From contig CAVYSE010000001.1 of assembly GCA_963771075.1 (NCBI GenBank), positions 121,367 through 185,366 of the forward strand: 64,000 nucleotides of DNA. The letters run 5' to 3'. The notes below the pieces were generated by a model, which saw nothing but the letters and a program-made list of their open reading frames with translations, was not told where the DNA came from and searched no databases. The number at the start of each line of letters is the position of its first letter. Position 1 is the stretch's first letter. Source of the stretch: a candidate division FCPU426 bacterium (GTDB lineage: Bacteria; Oederibacteriota; Muellerivitia; Muellerivitales; Muellerivitaceae). Below, one piece after another: positions 19,024 through 29,525 of the stretch. The position numbers and the translations under genes were made by a program.

Positions 19024-19752
19024 ATGGCCGGTAAAAGAAACCAGACCTTGATCGTTGTGCCGACCTATAACGAAAAAGGCAATATCGAGAATATTTACAA
19101 GAAAATTTACCTGGCCTCCAAAGCCTGCGATCTACTGGTGGTGGACGACAATTCTCCCGACGGGACAGGGGAAATAGCGGATCGTATTGCCCGAAAGGAC
19201 AAACGGGTATCGGTGCTCCACCGGACCTCCAAGAACGGATTGGGGACCGCCTACGTCGATGGCATGAAATTCGCCTTGCAAAAAAAATACCAAAGAATTA
19301 TCGCCATGGACGCCGATTTATCCCACGACCCAATCAACATCCCAAAAATGCTGGAGCTGGCGGGTAATTATGATTTGGTAATTGGGTCCCGTTATGTCCA
19401 TGACGGCGGTATGGTTAATTGGGGTATGGGAAGGTTTTTTATCAGCCGTTTCGCGAATTGGGTCACGAAGTGGGTTTTAGGGCTTCAACCCGAGGATTGT
19501 TCGGGCGGCTATAAATGTTACCGAGCGGATCTATTAAAGGAAATAGACCTGAATCGAATTTTCTCCCCCGGATATTCCTTCCAAGTTGAAATCCTCTTTA
19601 GGGCCGTTCGCCTAAAGGCCAAGGTCGTGGAGTTTCCGATCATTTTCGTGAACCGACACGAAGGCGAAAGCAAATTGTCGCTCAGTGAATTGGGGCAATT
19701 CGCGGGAACGGTCATGAAGCTCCGTTGGATGGCCTGGACGGGGAAGTTATAG
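19024..19752 (+). CDS. Polyprenol-phosphate mannose synthase (DPM1/Ppm1-like GT2)
   Basis: VPTYNEKGNI, VVDDNSPDGTG, KNGLGTAY, MDADLSHDP, GSRY, GYSFQVE, FVNR..GESK. An alternative start lies at 18982. Confidence 0.9.
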   Translation: MAGKRNQTLIVVPTYNEKGNIENIYKKIYLASKACDLLVVDDNSPDGTGEIADRIARKDKRVSVLHRTSKNGLGTAYVDGMKFALQKKYQRIIAMDADLSHDPINIPKMLELAGNYDLVIGSRYVHDGGMVNWGMGRFFISRFANWVTKWVLGLQPEDCSGGYKCYRADLLKEIDLNRIFSPGYSFQVEILFRAVRLKAKVVEFPIIFVNRHEGESKLSLSELGQFAGTVMKLRWMAWTGKL

Positions 19753-19761
19753 CTTGTTAAT

Positions 19762-19798
19762 AAAAAAGGAGGCGGGTTAAAACCCGCCTCCTTTTTTT
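19762..19798. terminator. Bidirectional rho-independent terminator
   Basis: A6-GGAGGCGGGTT-AA-AACCCGCCTCC-T7 between convergent genes. Confidence 0.9.
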
Positions 19799-19820
19799 GT
19801 TTAATCGGCCTGTCTTGAAG

Positions 19821-22223
19821 TTACTTTTTTTTCCCGGATGGGTGGTTCTTTTTCCCGGTGTCGGGGGCTGGAGTGGCCACCGCATCCGGTTTGGGATAAT
19901 CCACCGGAACATCCGCCCGGGTGGTCTCGGTAAAGCCGTATTTTTGAGCCAGATCCGGGCGAACCCACATGCGCATGTTATAGCTTCCCATATCGGACCA
20001 GACTTGACGGTAAAGAACCCAGTTTTTCAGGTCCGTCCAATCGACCATGTCGGGTCGCGCGGGTTTGATGGGAATAAAGTTGCTGAACAGCCAATCGTTA
20101 AAGAGTTGGAAATTCATTTCGCTTCCCGGGAACCCCTTTTTAAACCAAGAGGGAACCCACCAAACCCTCAATTTATATTTCCGGTTAATGTATCCCGCTT
20201 GGCTGAGAATGGGATAAGACTGATTATCGGCTTCCGTGCCCGTGAGGATGATGGGGTTGTCCGCCTGGGTGATCATGGCGGGATGGTTCCTCTTATCGAA
20301 GTCCCTTAATTGCCAGGCAAAGGGCCAGGAACATTTATCCTCGATGGTTAAGGGGAGATCCGTTCCGCCCGTTTCCCCGTACGAAATTTCGCGGATGATC
20401 CGCTCCACTTCGTTGCAATCGGGGCCGGATTGAACGTACACCAAAGGCTCGATCGGATTGGCCTCATGATAAAAGCTCAATAGAACGGCTGAATGAAGGG
20501 AATAGGAAGCCAGAAGCCCAAAACAGAGCAGGGCCGCGATGCGGGCCGAGCGCCAACCTTGTTGGATGGGGACGGCATCCCATATATCGCCCACAAAATA
20601 AGCGGTCAAAAGCAATGAAGGCAAAAGCGGATGCAGGATCAACCAGGGCATCTTTTCACCCGCCCATGAGAACAATGCCAAGGAGCCGACGTACCAATAT
20701 CCCAGGAACAAGGGCATGTTTTTACGCTTAAAGATGCCGTAATAAAGAAGGGCAACGCCCGAGAACAAGAACGAGACTAATTCATTGGCGGGAAGCTCCA
20801 CTAGATAATAGTAGAAAGGCTCGTCACCGCGGTGAACGTCGTGTTGTCCCCACCAATACTCCAGTCCGCCGAACGCCCCGTTGTAAAGGGCGTTCAATAG
20901 ATAATGAAGGCGGCTGATCCAGTCGGGTTGGGTAGCTCCCACGGTGAAAAAGGTGGTAAAGAGGAGGGTGAAGACGACCGACATAATCGTAATCGACCCG
21001 GTCAAGGCCGATGAAATGTTTTTAAGCCATAACCAGGCAAACCGCCCAATGAGGCCGAAATAGGCGAGGATCAAAACAGCCGAAATAAAGGTAGGTTGAT
21101 TGAGGTGGAAAAAAGGAACTCGAAGGGCCAAAAGACACAGGACCCACCAGCCGATAAAGAGCATCAACTCGGTCTGCACTTTCTCGATCCGGAGGCCGGC
21201 AATGACGGACCAAAGGTTGTCCTCGGTATGGCCGCCGGAATTGGACTTCCAATGGATGAAAAGGTTATAAATCGTCCAACCAAACGCCGCCCCTGCCAGT
21301 ATGAATAGGAAAATAAGACGGGTCGATTGGGACATTTCAGGCGCTATGCTTTTGAGAAGAGGTTGAAGAATAATTCCCAACCCGGTCAACCCGCCCGCAA
21401 TCATTACATCCAGCCAGGGGAGAAGCCGGATAAATAGATAGGTTCCGATGACAGCGATCGTGATGAAAATGGACTCCTTAGTGCAAAAGGCGATGATAAA
21501 TCCCAAGGATGCCATCCATAAATCCATGGGTTGACGGGAGCGCATGTAACGGAATAGGAAAACAACCATCGCGAATGTGGCGCCGCATATGTAGGCATCT
21601 TCCCGGGTGAAACGATCGAAATACATAAAGCTTGGGGATATGACGATCAGGAGGGTCGCTAAAAATGCGCCCGTTCGACCCAGAAAAGGGGAGAGCAACA
21701 TGGCGAGCAGGACCGTCATAACGCCGAAAAACGCCGCCAGATACCTGGAGGTGGCGTCCGATACTCCGAAAAAGTAATACATGAGGGCGTTCCCGTGGAA
21801 TTGAAAGGGCCCGTGCATCATGGGGTTATATTCGTAATCGCCGTCTTTAAAAAGCTGATAGGAATAGAAGGAATGCATGCTTTCATCATGGTGATGCGGT
21901 TTGATGCCGAGATGATCAAAACGGGTAAAAATCGTGATCAGGAATAAAGCGACATAGAACAGATTCATCCAAGAAACGGATAAGCCCGCGAATTGAATCG
22001 AGCTCGCCGAGGCGACGGGATTTTTATCTTTTGCATCTTGGTCGCTTGTGTTATTGGCTTTAGGTATTTTTACCGACGGTGTGGGTAAGGATTTTTTATC
22101 ATTTTTTTCGGGAAGGGGAGCGGGAGAAGTTTGAGTTGTAAGTTTACTTCCGCATTGCTCGCAAAAACTATTGGATGATGGATTCTTCGCGTTGCATTTC
22201 CCGCAAATTTTTACATCGGGCAT
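19821..22223 (-). CDS. TIGR03663 / Agl23-like GT-C membrane protein with an N-terminal zinc ribbon
   Basis: HHDESMH, Y.YNPMMHGP, RFTREDAY, KE, AGEKMPWL..H, LVYVQS, WPFAW.LR. N-terminal CGKC..CEQC. AAGGAG RBS. Confidence 0.85.
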   Translation of the reverse strand: MPDVKICGKCNAKNPSSNSFCEQCGSKLTTQTSPAPLPEKNDKKSLPTPSVKIPKANNTSDQDAKDKNPVASASSIQFAGLSVSWMNLFYVALFLITIFTRFDHLGIKPHHHDESMHSFYSYQLFKDGDYEYNPMMHGPFQFHGNALMYYFFGVSDATSRYLAAFFGVMTVLLAMLLSPFLGRTGAFLATLLIVISPSFMYFDRFTREDAYICGATFAMVVFLFRYMRSRQPMDLWMASLGFIIAFCTKESIFITIAVIGTYLFIRLLPWLDVMIAGGLTGLGIILQPLLKSIAPEMSQSTRLIFLFILAGAAFGWTIYNLFIHWKSNSGGHTEDNLWSVIAGLRIEKVQTELMLFIGWWVLCLLALRVPFFHLNQPTFISAVLILAYFGLIGRFAWLWLKNISSALTGSITIMSVVFTLLFTTFFTVGATQPDWISRLHYLLNALYNGAFGGLEYWWGQHDVHRGDEPFYYYLVELPANELVSFLFSGVALLYYGIFKRKNMPLFLGYWYVGSLALFSWAGEKMPWLILHPLLPSLLLTAYFVGDIWDAVPIQQGWRSARIAALLCFGLLASYSLHSAVLLSFYHEANPIEPLVYVQSGPDCNEVERIIREISYGETGGTDLPLTIEDKCSWPFAWQLRDFDKRNHPAMITQADNPIILTGTEADNQSYPILSQAGYINRKYKLRVWWVPSWFKKGFPGSEMNFQLFNDWLFSNFIPIKPARPDMVDWTDLKNWVLYRQVWSDMGSYNMRMWVRPDLAQKYGFTETTRADVPVDYPKPDAVATPAPDTGKKNHPSGKKK

Positions 22224-22290
22224 TCCATTGCTCCTTGGTAGACGAAATGATTATTAAGGCACAAATTAATAAAACCTGGGAAAGTGGCTA

Positions 22291-22320
22291 ACTATAACTG
22301 TCGATTAATTCTTTTGTCAA
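22291..22320 (-). promoter_or_regulatory. Putative sigma70 promoter of the TIGR03663-like gene
   Basis: Minus strand TTGACA-18 bp-TATAGT. Confidence 0.6.
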
Positions 22321-22585
22321 CAAATCGACAGGTAGTGGAAGCCATGTCGTTTTTTATGCCCCATTCTTCTCCGCAAACTGATTTACCGGTTATTTCGACT
22401 CAAACGGCCAAAATAGTTACTGGGCCGCCAAGTAGTATACTTTTCACGGACAAAAAGTTTAGCGTAAAAGTGAGCTCGGGAAGTAATCGCGGCACTTAAC
22501 CTAATCAAGTTGAATTTTCAAGAGGCCATTGATAAACTTTTTTAGTGAAGCCCCATTTTTGTTGTTCCACGAGAGGAGACGTTCA

Positions 22586-23563
22586 GTGGTTTTAAAACGA
22601 TATTTTTTAAGCTTGGGATTAATCATTCTCGCGGGTTTTGGGGCGTCCTCTCTTTGGGCGCAATCAACGGATTATACGGCGGAAGTTTTGACGAAGGGCG
22701 CGGGCGCGAGACCCTTGGCCATGGGCGGAGCCTTTGCCGCGGCGGCCAATGACGCCACCGCCGCTTATTGGAACCCCGCTGGATTGGCCTTAATTGATGA
22801 TATTGAGATTACGACCATGCACGCGGCGGCCAACGATCTTCAAAGTTATGACTTTGTCAATATAGCGTTTAACACCAAGGATGCTGGTTCTTATGCGATT
22901 AGTTATCTTCGCTTGGGGGTGGATGGAATTATCATTACACCCTCCAGCGGGCCAACCTCTATCGCTTCGGCTACCTATTCGGATCAGGCGGGATTACTGT
23001 CCGGAGGGTGGAAAGTCGCGGACCAACTTTTAATTGGCGGCACCATTAAGCTTCTTCAAACGAACGCTTATACTTCTTCCGCTTTTGGATTCGGTTCGGA
23101 CTTTGGAATTTTGTTCAAACCCGCCAAGGAATTTGCGATTGGATTGGTAGGCCGGGATATCACCGGAGGTTCTTATGTCACCTGGAACAATACTCCGACG
23201 GATCCCACCCAAACACTTCAACCGAGCATAACTTTGGGACTTTCCTACACCCAAGAATTAGGAAAGAGGGCGACCACCAATGGCGCGCCGGTGCCGGTAA
23301 GCACGCTTCAGATTAATTTTGATGCGGATACTCTTTATGCGGGACAATCCTTGAATAACTACCATTTCGGCCTGGAGTATTGGTATAAGCAATTTGTGGC
23401 CATCCGGGGAGGCTTTGAAACGAAGGGAATGCAGTTTGATAATGACGACTTTACACCTTCCGTGGGTGTGGGTATTTGGGCTTATCTATTTGAGGTGGAT
23501 TATGCCTTTGTCAGTAATTCAATTGGATCCATCAATTACCTTTCGCTCATCACGCGTCTATAA
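22586..23563 (+). CDS. PorV/PorQ (UPF0164)-family outer-membrane beta-barrel
   Basis: Signal peptide, GARPLAMGGAFAAAANDATAAYWNPAGL, GLEYWY, DYAF. GTG start at 22586 after GAGGAG. Confidence 0.85.
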   Translation: MVLKRYFLSLGLIILAGFGASSLWAQSTDYTAEVLTKGAGARPLAMGGAFAAAANDATAAYWNPAGLALIDDIEITTMHAAANDLQSYDFVNIAFNTKDAGSYAISYLRLGVDGIIITPSSGPTSIASATYSDQAGLLSGGWKVADQLLIGGTIKLLQTNAYTSSAFGFGSDFGILFKPAKEFAIGLVGRDITGGSYVTWNNTPTDPTQTLQPSITLGLSYTQELGKRATTNGAPVPVSTLQINFDADTLYAGQSLNNYHFGLEYWYKQFVAIRGGFETKGMQFDNDDFTPSVGVGIWAYLFEVDYAFVSNSIGSINYLSLITRL

Positions 23564-23576
23564 AAAAGGGATTAAA

Positions 23577-23610
23577 AAAAAGGGGGGATCTCAAAAAAAT
23601 CCCCCCTTTT
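23577..23610. terminator. Rho-independent terminator
   Basis: AAAA-GGGGGGAT-loop-ATCCCCCC-TTTT. Confidence 0.75.
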
Positions 23611-23675
23611 ATCGTTTTTTGTTATCATTTAAAACTGATTAGCTTTTGATTTCATCTTAACCTTTCGAGGTTCTC

Positions 23676-26018
23676 ATGAGACGTAATTTGCTCTTCTTTG
23701 GGTTCGCGTTTTGGATTTTCTCCGGAATTTTTTCATTCGGTTTTGGCGCATATGGTTTAGGTCCCTCTACTGGAACCGATTTGCCCTATTCCGTCCAATT
23801 TAAAAACACGTTAAAGAATTTGCATCACAACGCATCTTTTATCGGGGGGCAAATTATTGCGTTGAGGGACACACCCGGAAAAGAATACAGTGGTAATTAT
23901 ATTGACGTAGGCGATTTGGGCGGGGTTAAGAGGGGCGATGTTTTTGCGCTCTTTTCACCTGCCGGTGAACCGGTGGGATTCATAAAAATTACGGAGGTCC
24001 AGCGGTATACCTCTTCTTTTGAATTTCTCGAATTAACGGTTAATCCTTCGGATGAATTGGAGGCGAAAAAAGTTACCAATGATATCCGTGATCGGCTGCC
24101 ATCCATGCTTTCAGCCCATCCGGACATGCGGTATTTCCATCATGCGGTAAAACTTGCACGTTCTAAGCAATCTCCACCCCTGGTTTCCGTACCACAGCCC
24201 AATACCTCTTCTGCGAACACCTCCGCCCTGCCTCCCTTACCGGGGCAGTCATCGGCCGCGCTTCCGCCTTTGCCGGGCTCCGAATCCGCCAATGCTTCCT
24301 TACCCCCCTTGCCCGGTGCGGCTCCTTCTGAAACAGCTCCTTCAACTTTACCTCCTTTGCCAGGATCAGTCTCCTCGGAAACCTCCTCGTCAGGCATGCC
24401 TTTATTGCCGGGAACCGTTGACAATGGGACGACTGCCCCGGCGGGTTTACCGCCTTTGCCTGGAAGTGATTCGGGTACGAATTCAATCGCACCTCCACTT
24501 CCCCAATCTGCACCTGCTCCTTCGAGCGGCCTTCCGGCTTTGCCAGGTGACAATAACATGGCGACCGGTTCTTCGGCGGGCTTACCTGGCCTGCCAGTTG
24601 ATAACTCTGCCACCAACACTCCTAACGCATTTCCGCCTGTTCCCAGTACTCCTGGAATGGATAATTCCAACTCTGGGTTGCCTCCTTTACCCACGGATAA
24701 TGGCACCCCTTCCGCACTTCCACCCATGACCCCGGATAATTCTTTGGTTCCACCCATGCCGGAGCCAGGAGGAATGGCAGTGCCCGGTCCATCGGATACT
24801 GGTTTACCGGCTCTGCCGTTAGACAATGGAAATTCAACGACCCTTCCCGCCGCTCCGGATTCGGCCCTTCCTGGCCTGCCTGAACCTTCCACCCAACCGG
24901 CTGGGGCCCCGGATAACGGCGTGCCCTCCCTCCCGGGGATGGATAACAGTGCGCCAGCGGGGCTTCCTCCGCTTCCCCAATCGGAATTGCCGGGTACGCC
25001 TCCTGAGCCGATGGCCCAAGGTCCACTTCCGGAAGCTCCCGACGCCGGATTAAATCCTCTACCTTCGGATGGTTCACTTGCTTCCTTACCTTCTTCAGAG
25101 ATGGACTCCAACGCAGTGCTTCCCAGCTCCGATTTGCCTTCCCCTGAACAGGATTTGGCGGCTTTGCCAGCCTCAAATCTCTCTGCGGATTCAGGCCTTC
25201 CCGCTTTGCCGGATGAAAATGCTAGCCCTTTGCCAATCCCGGGCGATCAAGCCAGCGCTGGGCTTCCAGACGTTTCGAATAACGGACTTCCCGAACCGGT
25301 TCCCATGGATAACAGCGTACCAACATTGCCGGATAACTCTTTGGCGGGTCTTCCATCGCCGGATCAAAGCGCCGCACCGATGATTCCTGCAGGGTCGGAT
25401 ATGATGCCTACACCGGATGGTTTACCCGGAGCGGAATCACCTGTGGTAACGGATGCTAATTTAGCGGGTCTCCCTGGTCCTGCTGATACGGGTGTTCCGG
25501 CTATTCCGGATGATTCAATGGCAGCCCTGCCGGTTGCTCCACCAGCCCCTACGGACAACGGCTTACCCGCCGCACCCGGTGATAACAGCATGTTGCCCGC
25601 GCCAGTGGATAATGGGCTGCCTTCGGCTCCTCCCGATTTGGCTTCCGCCGAATTGCCCCCCTCTCTTCAAAATGACACCCTTCCCCCCGCTCCTACCGAA
25701 ATGGCGATGGGAGATAATTCCTTGGTTCCACCGCCGGTGATCGACAACGACCTACCTCCAACCGCAGATGGGTTGGACGGTTTGCCTACGGTGAATAACG
25801 CCGCTCCATTGCCGCCTGTTCCGGTTGCGACGGCGGGTGGGGCAGGGCTTCCCGGAACGGATGATTTCCAACTGCCAGGGGTTGTTGCACCGGCGGGTGT
25901 CGCTTCATCGGCAGAAGCTATGAATTTGGGTTTGCCGGCGGTACCGACCCGCGTAAACGGTCGTTTTATTCAGGACATACCGACTTTCACTTCCCCAAGC
26001 CCAAAGCCAGCAGCCTAG
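23676..26018 (+). CDS. Exported protein with an FlgT-C-like small beta domain and ~600 aa of Pro-rich LPPLP/LPALP repeats
   Basis: Signal peptide. YIDVGDLGGVKRGDVFALF...VGFIKITEV resembles the FlgT C-terminal motif. Dozens of (G/A)LP(P/A/G)LP units separated by acidic DN-rich spacers. Confidence 0.6.
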   Translation: MRRNLLFFGFAFWIFSGIFSFGFGAYGLGPSTGTDLPYSVQFKNTLKNLHHNASFIGGQIIALRDTPGKEYSGNYIDVGDLGGVKRGDVFALFSPAGEPVGFIKITEVQRYTSSFEFLELTVNPSDELEAKKVTNDIRDRLPSMLSAHPDMRYFHHAVKLARSKQSPPLVSVPQPNTSSANTSALPPLPGQSSAALPPLPGSESANASLPPLPGAAPSETAPSTLPPLPGSVSSETSSSGMPLLPGTVDNGTTAPAGLPPLPGSDSGTNSIAPPLPQSAPAPSSGLPALPGDNNMATGSSAGLPGLPVDNSATNTPNAFPPVPSTPGMDNSNSGLPPLPTDNGTPSALPPMTPDNSLVPPMPEPGGMAVPGPSDTGLPALPLDNGNSTTLPAAPDSALPGLPEPSTQPAGAPDNGVPSLPGMDNSAPAGLPPLPQSELPGTPPEPMAQGPLPEAPDAGLNPLPSDGSLASLPSSEMDSNAVLPSSDLPSPEQDLAALPASNLSADSGLPALPDENASPLPIPGDQASAGLPDVSNNGLPEPVPMDNSVPTLPDNSLAGLPSPDQSAAPMIPAGSDMMPTPDGLPGAESPVVTDANLAGLPGPADTGVPAIPDDSMAALPVAPPAPTDNGLPAAPGDNSMLPAPVDNGLPSAPPDLASAELPPSLQNDTLPPAPTEMAMGDNSLVPPPVIDNDLPPTADGLDGLPTVNNAAPLPPVPVATAGGAGLPGTDDFQLPGVVAPAGVASSAEAMNLGLPAVPTRVNGRFIQDIPTFTSPSPKPAA

Positions 26019-26136
26019 TTTCCTTTTGGCCTGCTCCGGCCCGTTTTTGAATCCGTTATAATGACCTGGTTTTACCTCCAGGCAAGGATTCGAAAACGGG
26101 TTTTTGTTTTTTCCTCCAACCCATCAAGGATAATTA

Positions 26137-27312
26137 ATGCCAGTTTTGTTTCAATACTGCCTCCTGTCGCTGGGTTCCCCCTTTTTATTGGCGATGAGCG
26201 TCTGGCTCGTCGTGTTAAACCTTTTATATTTCACCAATACTTTGATCGATTACCTCATTCTTTATCACACTGGTTTTTGGGATTGTTTTCTTTTGTTCAT
26301 ATATTACCAACCCAGTTTTCTGGTCTTGGCAATACCCATTGGATTTTTGACGGGTCTATTGGTGGCTTATGGTCGAATAAGCGCCGATAGGGAATTTTTG
26401 GCGTTACAAGCTAGCGGCTTATCAGCGAGTGCTTTGCTTTGGCCCTTGGGGATCTTATCCGCGATTTTCAGCTTATTCCTTGTCGTTTTTATGGACGTAA
26501 TTCTTCCTTGGGGAAATACATCCGCCATAAAATTGGAATACCGAATTCAAACGGAGCATTCCACCATTGCGGTAAAAGAAAGGATGTTTGTAAAGGATTT
26601 TAGCGGCTATGAGATTTACGTCGATCAGAAAGAAGAAAGCACTGGAAGGTTGAGAAATGTCACTGTTTTGATGTTGGATGATAAAGGATACCCCTACCGG
26701 GTGGTTTATTCCGGCGAAGGGTCCCTTCAGCAAAACCCGGATCTGCACATTATTCTTCGCCTGGAAAAGGGTGTTATGCAACAGCTGGGTACCCGATTAA
26801 CACCTGGGTTTTCAAATTTACTTCAGCTTAAGTTTTCTAAATGCGACCTTGATTTAAATGCCCAGAAACCTCCGTTCGGGCCCTTAGATGCGAACAGTGC
26901 GCGTAACATGAAAATTCAAGATTTGGCGAAACGGATTAGGGATGAAAGATTGAAAAAACAGGATTGCGAAAATGACGAGGTGGAGTTCCAAAAGAAATTT
27001 TCCCTCCCATTTTCAGCCATGGCTTTCGCCTTTATAGGCGTTCCTTTGGGGCTGATCACCCGGGGCGGATCCTTTCTAGGCCCTGTCGTCGCTGTTATGC
27101 TAGTAGGGATATATGACGGGTTTTTAATGCTAGGTGATAATGGCGGGTTTCTGGGCCGTTACTCACCCTTTTGGGCGATGTGGGCACCCAATATATTTCT
27201 TTTAGTCGTAGGCTTTCTTCTGACCCTTTGGATCGATCATCGTCTTTGGTTGATCCTATCCTTTCGCTCATTGGCTAAAGGTGCCCCTGCCGATCGGGTG
27301 AAATCTTCATGA
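26137..27312 (+). CDS. LptF/LptG family LPS export permease
   Basis: LAIPIGFL.GLL..YGRISADREFLALQASGLS, KKFSLPFS...F.FIGVPLG, WAMWAPN. Confidence 0.9.
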   Translation: MPVLFQYCLLSLGSPFLLAMSVWLVVLNLLYFTNTLIDYLILYHTGFWDCFLLFIYYQPSFLVLAIPIGFLTGLLVAYGRISADREFLALQASGLSASALLWPLGILSAIFSLFLVVFMDVILPWGNTSAIKLEYRIQTEHSTIAVKERMFVKDFSGYEIYVDQKEESTGRLRNVTVLMLDDKGYPYRVVYSGEGSLQQNPDLHIILRLEKGVMQQLGTRLTPGFSNLLQLKFSKCDLDLNAQKPPFGPLDANSARNMKIQDLAKRIRDERLKKQDCENDEVEFQKKFSLPFSAMAFAFIGVPLGLITRGGSFLGPVVAVMLVGIYDGFLMLGDNGGFLGRYSPFWAMWAPNIFLLVVGFLLTLWIDHRLWLILSFRSLAKGAPADRVKSS

Positions 27313-29431
27313 CCCATTTCAAGTTCTTGATCCGTGAAAGGACCTTCCGCTCATGGAGGGGTATGCTTTTTTTGGGCTTGCTTGGTTTTTTTTCGATTGC
27401 CCGGGGTGAGCTGTCCTTCAACCTCCAGACCAACGTGAAAATTCAGGCGGATTACATCCAGTACCTTCGGGATCAAGAATTGGTCGTGGCCAAGGGGGAT
27501 GTGCATATCCAACAGGGGACCGTCAATCTTTACGCGGACAAAATCCGATACGACGTGAACGCCCAGGATATCCACGCGGACGGCCACGTCATTTGGCAAA
27601 ACGAGAGCGATGAAATTGAGGCTCAAAGCCTGACTTTCAATTTGAAGACCCAAAAGGGCAAGGGCCTCAATATCCGCACGACTTCGCCACCGTGGATCAG
27701 TACGGGGAGCGAGATTGATATTGAACCCCAAAAAGTGACCATCAAGGATGCCATCACCACGACTTGTGACTACGAGCCGGATTATCGCCATTTCCACATG
27801 AAGGCGGATAAAATCGTCATTTACTCGGGGAATTATTTAGTCGCGGAGAACGTGGTTCTTTACATCGGGAAGGTGCCCGTTTTCTATTTCCCATTCTTTG
27901 TCCGCACCATCCATGACCTTTCAACACCCTTTTCCGTTTCGACGGGCCAGACCGATTATTTGGGAAATTATCTTTTGGTCACGACCAGCTACCTTTTTAA
28001 CCCCAAAAGTTATGGCGCTCTTTACGCCGACTATTTTGCCAAAAAAGGGCTTGGCTTGGGCGTGCGCCATGAGATCGCCTTGAACGATTACTCGGTCCTA
28101 TCCCTGTATGGGTATGGAATTCAGGAAGGTGACACCAAGAATTTTCGATGGGAATCGAGGGCCAGGGGGCTTTGGGCCTTGTCATCGAGTGTGCAGGGAA
28201 GGTTGGAAGCCGATATCCCCGGGGATGGTTTATTCAGCGAGGATTATTCGGTCGCCCGCCGTGATCCATCCCTCGTGTCCACCTATCGCGAATATGATCT
28301 TTCCGCCACTTTAAGCCGAACCCAATACTCCCTGAGTGTTTTGCTCCGGCGTCAGGAAACCCCGAACTTCGGGGACCCGAACGACCCCCTGGAAACAAAT
28401 TTCCAAAAAACAAACCAAACCCTGCCTCAAATCGGATTTAGCCTATTTCCCCGGCGATTGATCGGGACCAATTGGCTGAAATGGGACATGTCTTTGAACG
28501 CGGATCATACCTGGACATTGGCGGATGATTATTACGTGAATCATTTAACCGGGGAATTGGGGATCAGCCAAAGCCTTCTATTATTTACCAGTCAGACCCT
28601 TTATACCCGAATGGCCATGGACGAGAATTTTCAGGATAAGGCGGATATCGGTGGGACGAATGTTGGGGAAACCCATACCGCGAACGTCAATAATACCTGG
28701 AGTGGACGTTGGACCGAATTATTTCAACACATCCTTTGCCTATACCTACGCCCAAAAGCTGAATAATCTTCAGGCCACCGATCCCCCGCACGGGATTACT
28801 TCGAATCTTTTAATGCGGTTCCCTGGAATTTGACGGTGGAACCGTTTTTCGCGCGAGGACGAGCACTTCGTATGATTTTAACGCCCAAGTCAACGCGGAT
28901 TCGATCAGGTTTTCATATCTGCGTCAGGAATTTTACCTCACACCGTCTCCTTTATATGATTATCTAGCGATTTTTGACTACTCGGTGAACGCGAACGCCA
29001 TTAAGGACGTGAATTCGGTTTTGGATCTGAAAAGCAAAAATGACATGTGGAGATTCAGGCTCTCGGGAAATTTCGTGGACCCGAACGTATCCAACACGGG
29101 TTTTATCACTACGGGTGTGCCGCCCACTTTTGAGATGTCGGGCGAGTTGGATTTCGCGTTTTTCACCAATTACCGGATCGCCATGCTGGAAAGTTATGAT
29201 GTGACCAACGCCAAGTTCGAATCCCGCAGTATCAGCCTTTACCGGGATCTTCATGATTGGGAAGCGCAGATGACCTATACCGACGATCCCGTCGCGGGGG
29301 AACAGTTGATGTTTACCCTGAACCTGAAGGCTTTCCCAGGTCGGCCCATATCGGTATCCAATTCCCAATTACAGCAAATCAACGGGATTCGCAACCAAGG
29401 CTTGACCGGGGCCGCCACCCAGTTCCAATAA
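27309..29431 (+). CDS. lptD: LPS-assembly protein LptD (frameshifted at ~28720 and ~28815-28860, probably sequencing indels)
   Basis: OstA-like N-domain (ADYIQY, A.GDV, LYADKI.Y), TTCD...[13 protein letters not shown], and C-terminal RDLHDW. Split over ORFs 27309-28766, part of 28651-28833 and 28985-29431. Confidence 0.75.
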
Positions 29432-29525
29432 ACCTTTTTCCAAAGCGCTTGAAAAAAAAACGGCCAAGCCGGATAGTTTCCTTTTGCCCCAGGCAATTCC
29501 GGGCCACTCCAGGAAGGGTTCAACC

